From Anaerolineales bacterium (GTDB taxonomy: Bacteria; Chloroflexota; Anaerolineae; Anaerolineales; UBA4823): 64,000 nt of DNA. Below the pieces are notes generated by a model. The model was given only the letters and a program-made list of their open reading frames with translations. It was not told the origin of the DNA and made no database searches. The translations under genes and the position numbers were made by a program. Positions 55,064 to 64,000 of the stretch are shown piece by piece. The DNA lies in NCBI GenBank assembly GCA_041558875.1, contig JBFFEL010000004.1:6980-70979 (forward strand). The letters run 5' to 3'. The first letter of the stretch is position 1, and each line of letters opens with the position of its first letter.

Positions 55064-55087
55064 GGGAAGCTCTTCAATAAGCTTCCC
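55064..55087 (-). terminator. Hairpin after glmS (weak terminator candidate)
   Basis: 8-bp stem GGGAAGCT / AGCTTCCC with an 8-nt loop. The downstream U-tract is poor. Confidence 0.35.
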
Positions 55088-55113
55088 CGCCGATAGCAGC
55101 ATGAAAATGCACC

Positions 55114-56955
55114 TTATTCAACGGTGACGGATTTTGCCAAGTTGCGCGGTTGATCCACATCCAATCCGCGCAGTGCGGCGATATGGTAGGCCAAAATTTG
55201 CAGGGGGATCACCGTGGTAACCGGGCTCAACATCCAGGGAGTTGGAGGTACCCATAGGACATGGTCAGCGATGGTTGGGATTACTTCATCCCCCTCCGTC
55301 GCCACAGCCACGACGATACCACCACGAGCCTTGGTCTGTTCGATCTGGCTGAACATCTTCTCATACCAGGGATCGCGCGGAGCGATGACTACAATCGGCA
55401 TCTCTTCATCAATCAACGCGATCGGGCCATGTTTCATCTCGCCTGCGGGGTATCCCTCAGCATGGATGTATGAGATCTCCTTCAGTTTCAGCGCACCTTC
55501 ATAAGCAGTAGGCATGTTAATCCCTCGTCCTAAATAGAGACAGTGCGAGAAATCTTTCAACGCCCAAGCCACTTCTTCGACCTCAGCCTCACGGTCCAGA
55601 CAGCGGGAAGCCAGGTCAGGTACCAGCCTCAGATCTGAGACCAGCTCGCATCTTTTCTTCTCATTCAGGTCACCGCGCAGGTCCGCTAGAAGGACTGCGA
55701 GCATGTAAACATCCACCAGAGGCGCGGTGTAAGCCTTCGTGGAGGCCACGCCGATCTCTGGCCCAGTCTGCATGGAGATATAGCCATCTGATATGCGCAT
55801 GGCTTGGGATCCAATCACGTTGACGATCGACCACAGGATCGCATTTTTCCGCCGAGCTTCCTCCATTGCGGCTAATGTGTCCGCAGTCTCACCAGACTGG
55901 CTGATGGCCAGCACAGCTGTGTTTTCATCCAGAATCGGATCCCGGTAGCGGAATTCGGAGGCGATATCCACCTCCACCGGTATGCGCGCGATGCGCTCGA
56001 TGAGGGCTTTGCCGACCATACCAGCATGGGAGGCTGTACCACAAGCCGTGATAAACACCTTATCAATCCGTTGGGCAAGTTCGGGGGTCAAATTCAGCCG
56101 CTCCAGGTGGACGCGACCAGAATCAAAATCAACCCTGCCCCCAATGGTATCGGTTAACGATCGCACCTGTTCATGGATTTCTTTGTGCATGAAGTGGCGA
56201 TATTCCCCCTTCTCAGCGGCCACCGGATCCCAGGCGACAGTGTGCTCCTCGATCTCGGCTGGTTCTCCATCCAGATTGCTCACTTCGACCCCATCGCGCT
56301 TGACCACCGCCATCTGTCCTGATTCCAGGAAAACCATCTGACGGGTGTGTTCCAATATAGCGGGCATATCCGAGGCTACGAACATTTCTCCCTCACCTCT
56401 ACCAACAACAACGCCGCCGGCGTTGCCGATCCTGGCTGCCACGATTTTGTCAGTCTCTTTGGTAGATAACATGACGATGCCATGAGCCCCTCGCAGGTGA
56501 GAAATCGCCCTTTGGGCTGCCTCCTCAAAGCTCATCTCCAACGAGAGATAGCGATCGACGAGCTGCACAATCACTTCAGTATCCGTGTCGGATTTGAATT
56601 CCACACCTTCAGCGCTGAGTTCCTCGCGCAGGTCGAGATAGTTTTCAACAATGCCGTTGTGAGCCAGGACTACTTTACCGCTGGTGCCTAAATGCGGGTG
56701 GGCATTCCTGGCACTCGGTTCTCCGTGAGTCGCCCAGCGAGTATGCCCGATCCCGATCTGGCCATGCAAAGGGACTTCTTTTACCAGTTCGGCCAGGCGA
56801 TCCAGCTTGCCCGCATCACGGCGTACTTCAATATTGTCATCCTCAATCACCGCGATGCCAGCAGAGTCATAACCCCGGTATTCCAAACGTCGCAACCCGT
56901 TAAGGATGATCGGGGTGGCATCCTGGGGTCCAATGTATCCAACGATTCCACACAT
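55114..56955 (-). CDS. glmS: Glutamine--fructose-6-phosphate aminotransferase (isomerizing)
   Basis: Start set at ATG 56955 (MCGIVGYIG) with GGAGGG SD, because the Ntn-amidotransferase needs Cys2. Two SIS domains follow. The C-terminus ...LAKSVTVE is canonical. Confidence 0.95.
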   Translation of the reverse strand: MCGIVGYIGPQDATPIILNGLRRLEYRGYDSAGIAVIEDDNIEVRRDAGKLDRLAELVKEVPLHGQIGIGHTRWATHGEPSARNAHPHLGTSGKVVLAHNGIVENYLDLREELSAEGVEFKSDTDTEVIVQLVDRYLSLEMSFEEAAQRAISHLRGAHGIVMLSTKETDKIVAARIGNAGGVVVGRGEGEMFVASDMPAILEHTRQMVFLESGQMAVVKRDGVEVSNLDGEPAEIEEHTVAWDPVAAEKGEYRHFMHKEIHEQVRSLTDTIGGRVDFDSGRVHLERLNLTPELAQRIDKVFITACGTASHAGMVGKALIERIARIPVEVDIASEFRYRDPILDENTAVLAISQSGETADTLAAMEEARRKNAILWSIVNVIGSQAMRISDGYISMQTGPEIGVASTKAYTAPLVDVYMLAVLLADLRGDLNEKKRCELVSDLRLVPDLASRCLDREAEVEEVAWALKDFSHCLYLGRGINMPTAYEGALKLKEISYIHAEGYPAGEMKHGPIALIDEEMPIVVIAPRDPWYEKMFSQIEQTKARGGIVVAVATEGDEVIPTIADHVLWVPPTPWMLSPVTTVIPLQILAYHIAALRGLDVDQPRNLAKSVTVE

Positions 56956-57587
56956 GGGATACCCTCCAAAAACGTTCTGATCGCGTCCTGGGGCAACCCC
57001 AGGACACACGAGTTAATAAGTATTCCGTCACTCCCAGTGGTTTTGTCCGGCTGATCACCCAGCCGGCATTGTCTCTGGGTTCTTGTGGAGGGAATGGAGT
57101 TGGGCAGTGACTTGCCCAGAGGGCTTCCGCTGATCTCTCGATTTTCTCCCGGAATCTTCAACCATCTCCCGAGATTAACCCGACCTCGCGGCCAGGAACC
57201 CTCTTCCTCGTCAACTCAATCCACGGCATTTACTGAATGATAATCCATGCAAGTAATGTTCCAACCTAGGGGATGAATTTAATCACGATGCATGCCGGTT
57301 GAGCCCGTGCGCTGGTCTTCCCTCGGTTATAAATCAGTTATAATTTTCGCTAATAAATCCACCTCCATATGCATTTTTAATAATTGGAGGCCAATTATAC
57401 TTTGATTCTAAGCCGAAAAAAGGGTTAAAATCATCACTTAGATTAGAAAATTCCCGAAATTGCCTGGGCCAAAGGTACTACCTGTAAGATGGTATAATCG
57501 CGCTGAATTTGCAGGTGTGTGAGGAGCTCATCGAATTTCGCGGGATTTTATAGACACCTTCAAATCCGTTCGCAAAGGAGCCCCAAT

Positions 57588-58655
57588 TTGGCTTTCAATC
57601 CACTCAACTGGCTACTGGGGTTTTTTTCACTAGACATTGGCATAGATTTAGGCACTGCCAACACCCTAGTCAGCGTACGCGGCAAGGGCATTGTTATACG
57701 CGAGCCTTCCTGGGTCGCCATAGACAAACGCTCCAGGGAGCCCAAAGCCATTGGTGCAGAAGCCAAGGAGATGGTCGGGCGCACCCCGGCAAACATCATT
57801 GCAGTGAGACCCCTGCGGGATGGCGTGATCTCTGAATTCGAGATCACCGAAGCCATGCTGGAATACTTCATTGGCAAAGCCCACCAGCAGAGCATCGTGC
57901 CGGTACCCCGACCACGGGTTGTCATTGGCATCCCGTCTGGGGTAACGGAAGTTGAAAAAAGAGCGGTTTATGATGCAGCCATGTCAGCTGGAGCTCGAGA
58001 AGTTGGTCTAATTGAAGAACCTGTAGCGGCCGCATTGGGAGCCGGTTTACCAGTAGCGGAAATACGCGGCAGCATGATTGTCGATATTGGTGGTGGAACC
58101 ACTGAAGTAGCCACCTTGTCGATGGGTGGGGTGGTCATCTCCCGTTCCTTGCGGGTAGCTGGCGACGAGATGGACGAAGACATTATCCAGTATATGCGTA
58201 ATAAGTACAACTTGTTGATCGGCGAGCGCATGGCGGAACAATCAAAGATCAACATCGGCTCTGCTTACCATTTGCCTGAGGAGATGACTCTCACTTTGCG
58301 CGGCCGCAATCTCGTCACTGGATTACCGGAGGCAATCGAAGTATCCTCCGTTGAAATTCGGGAAGCGATTTCCGGCTCAGTCTTGACCATCGTTGATACG
58401 ATCAAAGATGCTCTGGACGAATGTCCCCCTGAGATCGTCTCCGACTTGATGGAATCTGGGGTCACCCTGGCAGGAGGCGGCTCACTCTTACGGGGCCTCG
58501 ATCGTCGTCTCACCGATGAACTTCACGTCCGGGTCTGGGTTGCTGAAGATCCCATGACTTGCGTGGTGCGGGGGGCGAGCATGATTTTGGAAGATTACGA
58601 TCAACTGGCCCAGTTCTTGGTAGGGTTAGAGCGAGGCAGTACCCGCCACGTCTAA
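57588..58655 (+). CDS. mreB: Rod-shape-determining protein MreB
   Basis: Motifs are IGIDLGTANTLV and DIGGGTTE. The preferred start is TTG at 57588, 7 nt after AAAGGAG. The ORF-track GTG at 57519 adds a non-homologous basic extension. Confidence 0.93.
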   Translation: MAFNPLNWLLGFFSLDIGIDLGTANTLVSVRGKGIVIREPSWVAIDKRSREPKAIGAEAKEMVGRTPANIIAVRPLRDGVISEFEITEAMLEYFIGKAHQQSIVPVPRPRVVIGIPSGVTEVEKRAVYDAAMSAGAREVGLIEEPVAAALGAGLPVAEIRGSMIVDIGGGTTEVATLSMGGVVISRSLRVAGDEMDEDIIQYMRNKYNLLIGERMAEQSKINIGSAYHLPEEMTLTLRGRNLVTGLPEAIEVSSVEIREAISGSVLTIVDTIKDALDECPPEIVSDLMESGVTLAGGGSLLRGLDRRLTDELHVRVWVAEDPMTCVVRGASMILEDYDQLAQFLVGLERGSTRHV

Positions 58656-58667
58656 CCTGAATGGTGC

Positions 58668-59510
58668 ATGAATATCCCCCGCTCGATTCAAACAATCGCC
58701 CTGGCGATCCTCGTGATCGGTATCCTGCTGCTGGCATTAGGAGGGTACCTGACTCCGATTTCGCGGGTTGCTTTTTCCCCCTTTATCTCTACCCAAACCT
58801 GGTTGGCAAGCCGCTACCTGGCTGTCCGTGATTTCATGACGGCTCCCAGGGATGTGGCCCGGTTATCCCAGCTGAATGACCAATTAGAAGCTGAAATTGC
58901 CCGTTTACAGTCACAAATCATCGAGCTCCAACAGGAGAACGCCGAGCTGGAAGTACTGTCCGCGCTGCTTGATTTTGCCCGGACGCACGCCGAAAATGAA
59001 TATATCACCGCGGCAGTCATTGGGCGGGATATCAGCCCATTTTTGCATTACATCATCATCAACCGGGGTTCTGATGATGGATTACGGCGTGGGATGCCAG
59101 TTGTCTCCTCTCAAGGTCTGGTTGGCAGAGTTGCTGCAGTTACAGCGGATGGTGCCCGGGTCCAGTTGATCAACGATCCAGGTACTGCCATAAACGTGCG
59201 CATCCAGCCCTCTGGCGCAGAGGGTTCTCTTGCAGGTTCGATCACCGGCGACATCACGGTTGAAAACATTCCCCAGGATGCGAATATTCAAACCGGCGAT
59301 CTCGTCTTGACTTCAGGATTGGGTGGCAACTTTCCCCCAGACATATTGATCGGACAGGTCAGCGGTGTGCGCCAGCGGCCGGTGGAACTGTTCCAAACCG
59401 CGATCATCGAACCAGTAGTAGATTTTTCCCGGCTTGAGATCGTGCTCGTGATCGTGAACTTCCGTCCGGTGAACATCGGTCCACTCATCCCAACAACTGA
59501 ACCCCCCTGA
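58668..59510 (+). CDS. mreC: Rod-shape-determining protein MreC
   Basis: 280 aa with an N-terminal TM, a coiled coil (LNDQLEAEIARLQSQIIELQQENAELE) and GMPVVSSQGLVGRV. Confidence 0.85.
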   Translation: MNIPRSIQTIALAILVIGILLLALGGYLTPISRVAFSPFISTQTWLASRYLAVRDFMTAPRDVARLSQLNDQLEAEIARLQSQIIELQQENAELEVLSALLDFARTHAENEYITAAVIGRDISPFLHYIIINRGSDDGLRRGMPVVSSQGLVGRVAAVTADGARVQLINDPGTAINVRIQPSGAEGSLAGSITGDITVENIPQDANIQTGDLVLTSGLGGNFPPDILIGQVSGVRQRPVELFQTAIIEPVVDFSRLEIVLVIVNFRPVNIGPLIPTTEPP

Positions 59511-59575
59511 TCACGAGAAATGAGATCATTAATATCCGGTGAACGCCTCATTTGGTAATTTCCTGATGGTGTAGA

Positions 59576-60076
59576 ATGGCAATCCTCCTGGCAATCCCAA
59601 TCCTTGGCCTGATGGTGATCGTCCAATCCGCGATTTTCAGCCAGGTCCACCTGCTTCACGGGACAATCGACCTGGTATTGCTGATTGTGGTCGCCTGGGC
59701 GGTCCAGGAAAGAGTGACCACTGCATGGCATTGGGGAGTTATCGCTGGCGTGTTAGTCAGCCTGGCAACAGCAGTCCCAGCCTATGCCGTCATCCCGGCC
59801 TACGTGGTGGCCACAGGAGTGGCGATCTATATGCGGCGAATCTTCTGGCAGCGCCCCTTATTAGCGATGATTGCAGCAACATTACTTGCGACATTGATTG
59901 TTCAGGCAATATCAGTTGTTGCGCTCCTGGTCAGCGGCACCCCAATTCCATTGATCGAGGCGTTTTATCTGATCACCATACCCAGCGCCTTGCTAAATTT
60001 GCTGCTGGCTGTGCCGGTGTACGCCTTGATCGGCGATCTGGCCAACTGGCTGTATCCAGAAACAATCGAAATTTAA
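59576..60076 (+). CDS. mreD: Rod-shape-determining protein MreD
   Basis: 166 aa with 5 TM helices, positioned between mreC and the PBP2 gene. Confidence 0.7.
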   Translation: MAILLAIPILGLMVIVQSAIFSQVHLLHGTIDLVLLIVVAWAVQERVTTAWHWGVIAGVLVSLATAVPAYAVIPAYVVATGVAIYMRRIFWQRPLLAMIAATLLATLIVQAISVVALLVSGTPIPLIEAFYLITIPSALLNLLLAVPVYALIGDLANWLYPETIEI

Positions 60077-60129
60077 CAATAAATTCGCCATGATGACTTT
60101 TTTAGCTGAAAAAATACTGGTAAACTAGT

Positions 60130-62235
60130 TTGAGTGATAGTAAGTACTCAATGAACGGCAACGCGAAATTAACTAACCAGCTCCAAGGCTGGCGAATCCT
60201 TGTCTTTGGAATCGCCATCATTGCTGTGTTCCTGATTTACACAGGGCGGTTATTCTCATTACAGATACTTGAAAGACCTAATTGGCTCCTGCAAGCGGAA
60301 GAAAACCGGATCAGCGAGATCAACACCCCTACCCAACGGGGCATTATTTTCGATCGCAATGATTACATCCTGGCTCGCAACATACCGTCCTATAACGTGG
60401 TCATCACACCAGCGGATCTCCCAGATGATTTGGGCGCCATCCAGGAGATATACCGCCAGCTAAGCCAGATGATCGATGTCCCCATTAACTTGAATGAGGT
60501 GACCCCGGAAAATCCATACGTCCCTTGTCTATCTGAGCATGGCATCACACAAATTGTTGAATATGGGGAGACCACCGCTCCCTTTTCACCGGTCAGAATT
60601 AAATGCAATATTGACCGGACCGCTGCCATGATAATAAACGAGGAGGCGGTCGATCTCCCCGGCGTGGGTATTGAGATTGAATCGGTCAGGGATTACCCAA
60701 CCGGCTCACTGACGGCCGGTATCATCGGTTTTCTAGGTCCTATCTCTGCGGCAGAAGAAGAATACTATCGGGAGCGTAACTTTATCCCCAACCGCGATAA
60801 AGTCGGCTACGCAGGTGTGGAGCGTTATTTCCAAAGCATATTGAGCGGTCGCAACGGGCGTAGATTGGTTGAAGTTGACGTCGGCGGTCAGATCAAACGC
60901 GATGTCGTCCCGCCAATCGATCCATCGCCGGGACTGAACCTCCGCCTGACGATTGATTCGCGCTTTCAAAACGCGGCTGAATCGATCCTGGTGCGCGAGA
61001 TTGATGAATGGAACGCGTATTACGGCGAGATGCGGATGAACAGCGGGGTGGTGATCGCACTGAACCCCAAGACCGGTGAAATTCTGGCGATGGTTTCTTA
61101 CCCCAGCTATGAGAATAACCGCATGGCGAGGGTTATTCCACAGTATTATTTCGAGCAGCTCTCAGAGGATGAGCGCAATCCTATGCTGAATCATGCTGTC
61201 GGCGATGAGCTCCCAGCGGGATCGGTCTTCAAGCTGGTCACCGCAGTCGGCGCCCTCAACGAAGGGGTCGTCACCCCGGAACAAATCGTCGAAGCACCAC
61301 CAAAGATAGTCATCGATGAGAAGTTTTCCGCCAATGTGCTCAATCCTCGCCCACGAGAATTCATCGACTGGAACGAGGCCGGGTTTGGTGAAATCGCCTT
61401 TGTTGAAGGATTAGCCAACTCAAGCAACGTCTACTTCTATAAGCTCGGTGGCGGCTACGAGGATGAGGTTCCCGATGGACTCGGTATCTGCCGTTTAGGC
61501 ACCTATGCCCGAGCTCTTGGCTATGGAATTGCCCCAGGCATAGAACTACCGCTGGTCGAAGATGGACTTATTCCCGATCCCACCTGGAAGCGGATAAACC
61601 AGGGCGAAAACTGGTCAAGCGGTGACACTTACATTGCCAGCGTCGGTCAGGGTTTTATGATCGCTACCCCGATCCAGGTTCTCCTATCGGCAGCAACTAT
61701 TGCGAATGATGGCGTATTGATGCGCCCGACCATCCTGAGCGAAATTCAGGACAGTGATGGGAACATCATTAAATCCTTCCTGCCAGATCCTGTCTGGGAT
61801 GTCACCAGCGACCCTGTGTTGGATATTTTTGATGAGCCCGCCAGCCCAGGAGGTTGTGAAGGTAAGCTGACCGGCGAGAAGAAATCTGTCGAACCGTGGG
61901 TGATCGAAAAGGTACAAGAGGGGATGCGACAGGCAGTGCTGGATGGCACACTCACCGACCAGTTCGAAAATGTCAATATTTCCGTAGCAGGGAAGACAGG
62001 TACTGCCGAGTATTGCGACAAATATGCCAATGAAAAGAACCTGTGCATCCCCGGAAATTGGCCCACCCACTCCTGGACAACGGCCTATGCTCCTTATGAA
62101 GATCCAGAAATTGCGGTTGTCGCCTTTGTTTACAATGGTGGTGAGGGTGCATCGGTTGCGGGACCGATCGTGCGGCAAGTTTTAGAAGCTTATTTCGATA
62201 TAAAAGCGGGAGACACCGCCGCTCAAAATCCCTAG
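60130..62235 (+). CDS. mrdA: Penicillin-binding protein 2 (class B transpeptidase)
   Basis: 701 aa with an N-terminal TM. Motifs are SVFK (SxxK), SSN (SxN) and KTGT. The start is uncertain (TTG at 60130 or ATG at 60151). Confidence 0.9.
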   Translation: MSDSKYSMNGNAKLTNQLQGWRILVFGIAIIAVFLIYTGRLFSLQILERPNWLLQAEENRISEINTPTQRGIIFDRNDYILARNIPSYNVVITPADLPDDLGAIQEIYRQLSQMIDVPINLNEVTPENPYVPCLSEHGITQIVEYGETTAPFSPVRIKCNIDRTAAMIINEEAVDLPGVGIEIESVRDYPTGSLTAGIIGFLGPISAAEEEYYRERNFIPNRDKVGYAGVERYFQSILSGRNGRRLVEVDVGGQIKRDVVPPIDPSPGLNLRLTIDSRFQNAAESILVREIDEWNAYYGEMRMNSGVVIALNPKTGEILAMVSYPSYENNRMARVIPQYYFEQLSEDERNPMLNHAVGDELPAGSVFKLVTAVGALNEGVVTPEQIVEAPPKIVIDEKFSANVLNPRPREFIDWNEAGFGEIAFVEGLANSSNVYFYKLGGGYEDEVPDGLGICRLGTYARALGYGIAPGIELPLVEDGLIPDPTWKRINQGENWSSGDTYIASVGQGFMIATPIQVLLSAATIANDGVLMRPTILSEIQDSDGNIIKSFLPDPVWDVTSDPVLDIFDEPASPGGCEGKLTGEKKSVEPWVIEKVQEGMRQAVLDGTLTDQFENVNISVAGKTGTAEYCDKYANEKNLCIPGNWPTHSWTTAYAPYEDPEIAVVAFVYNGGEGASVAGPIVRQVLEAYFDIKAGDTAAQNP

Positions 62236-62315
62236 CGTTCGTGCTATAATCAATCATTATTTGGGTTCGGATTATCATTGAATTGGCCTGATCTGACCTC
62301 AGCCTGATAAAAAAT

Positions 62316-62999
62316 ATGGATGATCGCGTCAAGGTACAAATCAAGGGTATCCGCGAAGGGTTGCTGATTACCGTTCGGGATGATGATTGGCCCAAAGCCA
62401 AAGCCGCATTGCAGGATCAAATCAAGGAGCAATCTGAATTTCTGCAGGGTGGGAAGTTGATCTTGGATGTCGGGAATCATGTCATCCGCGCCGCAGAGTT
62501 GGGGCAGCTGCGAGATATGATCACCGAAGACGGGCTCGCGCTTTGGGCAGTGATCAGCAACTCACAGGTAACTCAGCAAAACGCCCAACTGCTCGGACTG
62601 GCGACCCGGATAAACAAACCCAGTCCTGAGAGAACCACCCACACGATTGAAACAGCCTTGACCGGCGAGGAAGCGGTGCTTGTGCGCCGCACCCTGCGGT
62701 CAGGATTCAGTCTCCAATATTTTGGGCATGTGGTGGTGATTGGTGACGCAAATCCCGGCAGTGAAATTGTCGCTGGAGGCGATGTCGTCGTATGGGGTCG
62801 CCTCCGGGGGATGGTTCATGCCGGAGCTGAAGGCAATATGGATGCAATTGTTTGCGCGATGGATCTCGCCCCAACCCAGCTGCGCATTGCAGACAAGATC
62901 GCGACGACGCCCAAGCGTAAAGGAAGTCCGCAACCCGAGGTAGCACGCATCATTGATGGGCAGGTAGTGGCTGTCCCCTGGCAGCCAAAGATGAAGTGA
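62316..62999 (+). CDS. minC: Septum site-determining protein MinC
   Basis: 227 aa. The C-terminal beta-helix pattern is GHVVVIGDANPGSEIVAGGDVVVWGRLRGMVHAG. It lies upstream of minD. Confidence 0.85.
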   Translation: MDDRVKVQIKGIREGLLITVRDDDWPKAKAALQDQIKEQSEFLQGGKLILDVGNHVIRAAELGQLRDMITEDGLALWAVISNSQVTQQNAQLLGLATRINKPSPERTTHTIETALTGEEAVLVRRTLRSGFSLQYFGHVVVIGDANPGSEIVAGGDVVVWGRLRGMVHAGAEGNMDAIVCAMDLAPTQLRIADKIATTPKRKGSPQPEVARIIDGQVVAVPWQPKMK

Positions 63000-63039
63000 G
63001 GAGTAGTGTGTTGGATTTAGTGGATTTCGGGGTTTCTAA

Positions 63040-63843
63040 ATGACCAAAAAAGTGATAACGATTACCTCAGGGAAAGGTGGTGTAGGAAACACGACCGCCA
63101 CCGCAAACATTGCGACTGCCTTAGCAGTGGATGGCGCCCGGGTGGTCTGCATCGACGCAGATATTGGATTACGCAACCTTGACGTTGTTTTAGGGCTTGA
63201 AAACCGCATCGTATACGACCTGGTTGACGTGGTTGAAGGACGCTGCCGGTTGCGCCAGGCGATGATCAGGGATAAAAGACTGCCCAATCTCTTCCTGATC
63301 CCCGCGGCTCAAACCCGGGATAAGACCGCCGTTTCCCCAAGTGACATGGTCAGGTTGATCGATGAGCTGCGCTCAGAAAGTGATTGGGTACTGATCGATT
63401 CTCCAGCTGGCATAGAGCGTGGATTTCGCAACGCAATTGCACCCGCTGATGTGGTCGTCGTGATCACCAATCCGGAAATCTCCGCCGTGCGCGATGCTGA
63501 CCGGATCATCGGTTTGATCGAAGCGGAAGAAAAAGGACCGGCTCGCCTGGTATTAAACCGGCTGAAACCAGATATGGTCAAGCGGGAGGATATGCTTTCT
63601 CCCGACGACGTGATAGAACTACTGGCTGTCGAGTTGATCGGCATCGTGCCAGAAGATGAGAAAGTCATTTTAAGCACCAATAGGGGCACACCCATCGTCC
63701 TGGATGGCAAAAGCCAGGCTGGTCTTGCCTTCAAAAATATCGCGGCCCGGCTTGAAGGCCAAACCGTTCCATTCTTAGATCTCGAGAGCAGCGACGGCTT
63801 CTTTGGTCGTATCTCTCGCATCATGCGTTCAGGAGGTGATTGA
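63040..63843 (+). CDS. minD: Septum site-determining ATPase MinD (Walker A reads GKGGVGNTT)
   Basis: 267 aa and MinD-like throughout. It has a C-terminal amphipathic helix (FFGRISRIM). Confidence 0.9.
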   Translation: MTKKVITITSGKGGVGNTTATANIATALAVDGARVVCIDADIGLRNLDVVLGLENRIVYDLVDVVEGRCRLRQAMIRDKRLPNLFLIPAAQTRDKTAVSPSDMVRLIDELRSESDWVLIDSPAGIERGFRNAIAPADVVVVITNPEISAVRDADRIIGLIEAEEKGPARLVLNRLKPDMVKREDMLSPDDVIELLAVELIGIVPEDEKVILSTNRGTPIVLDGKSQAGLAFKNIAARLEGQTVPFLDLESSDGFFGRISRIMRSGGD

Positions 63844-63844
63844 A

Positions 63845-64000
63845 ATGAGCACATTTTTCGATCGGATCCTGGGCAGAGATAAGAGCAGCGCCAAACAGGC
63901 GAAGGATCGCCTGCAGCTGGTGTTGATCCACGACCGGATAGACATGAATCCTGGCACGATGGATACGCTGAAAGATGAATTGATTGGCGTCATTTCCAGA
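63845..64000 (+). CDS. minE: Cell-division topological specificity factor MinE (N-terminal 52 codons, cut by window end)
   Basis: Not in ORF track because it has no stop. ATG at 63845 gives MSTFFDRILGRDKSSAKQAKDRLQLVLIHDRIDMNPGTMDTLKDELIGVISR, the canonical MinE N-terminus. Confidence 0.85.
   Translation, partial: MSTFFDRILGRDKSSAKQAKDRLQLVLIHDRIDMNPGTMDTLKDELIGVISR

Noticed and set aside
56956-57009. 18-codon N-terminal extension of GlmS in the ORF track (start 57009)
   Set aside because: GlmS is an Ntn amidotransferase that needs Cys immediately after the initiator Met. ATG at 56955 gives MCGIVGY and has a GGAGGG SD.
56847-57161. 104-aa minus-strand ORF overlapping the glmS start and leader
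   Set aside because: It is out of frame with glmS, overlaps its 5' end and has no family resemblance. The region is better explained as a structured leader RNA.
57519-57587. GTG start for MreB at 57519
   Set aside because: The extra 23 residues are basic, non-homologous sequence. TTG at 57588 is preceded by AAAGGAG at ideal spacing and gives a normal MreB N-terminus.
62236-62315. Missing rodA between mrdA and minC
   Set aside because: The 80-nt spacer cannot hold a gene. rodA is simply encoded elsewhere in many genomes, so this is not informative.

Overview
Gene-dense 64-kb chromosomal window. By eye I found no rRNA, tRNA, CRISPR array, transposase or integrase. Gene content and the frequent TTG/GTG starts suggest a Chloroflexota-like genome, but that is unverified inference.

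The flanks (1-24.2 kb and 46.6-64 kb) are GC-richer housekeeping and metabolic DNA:
- M48 and CPBP proteases, a PpsR-like regulator, a LysE exporter, VOC/AKR/FAH enzymes and a membrane-anchored Mo oxidoreductase.
- A PAS/GAF histidine kinase with an HD-GYP response regulator.
- An MBL hydrolase, CobB, GntR-korAB and an M20 amidohydrolase.
- An iscX-nuoB-nuoCD-nuoI-mrp-ricT-PIG-L string.
- glmS, then mreBCD-mrdA-minCDE.

The centre (about 24.2-46.5 kb) is visibly AT-richer and carries four decayed genes. It also holds the main candidate for a novel system: two inverted, paralogous modules.
- Together they contain seven LysW-type C4 zinc-ribbon modules (six small genes) with diversified acidic/aromatic tails.
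- They sit beside two different ATP-grasp ligases (one RimK-family, one Ddl-like) and two divergent GreA-like factors.
- The pair is bracketed at both ends by paralogous DHH/DHHA1 phosphoesterases and OmpR-type regulators that lack the phospho-acceptor Asp.
- No lysine or arginine carrier-pathway enzymes accompany them.

Other notable points:
- A MinD Walker-A Lys to Asn substitution.
- A Q-module-only nuo cluster fused to Fe-S assembly genes.
- A possible variant glmS ribozyme leader.
- A Nif11/NHLP-like small peptide next to a divergent prenyl-synthase-fold gene.
- Three 22-bp tandem repeats.

All family calls come from motif recognition by eye and need HMM or structure confirmation.
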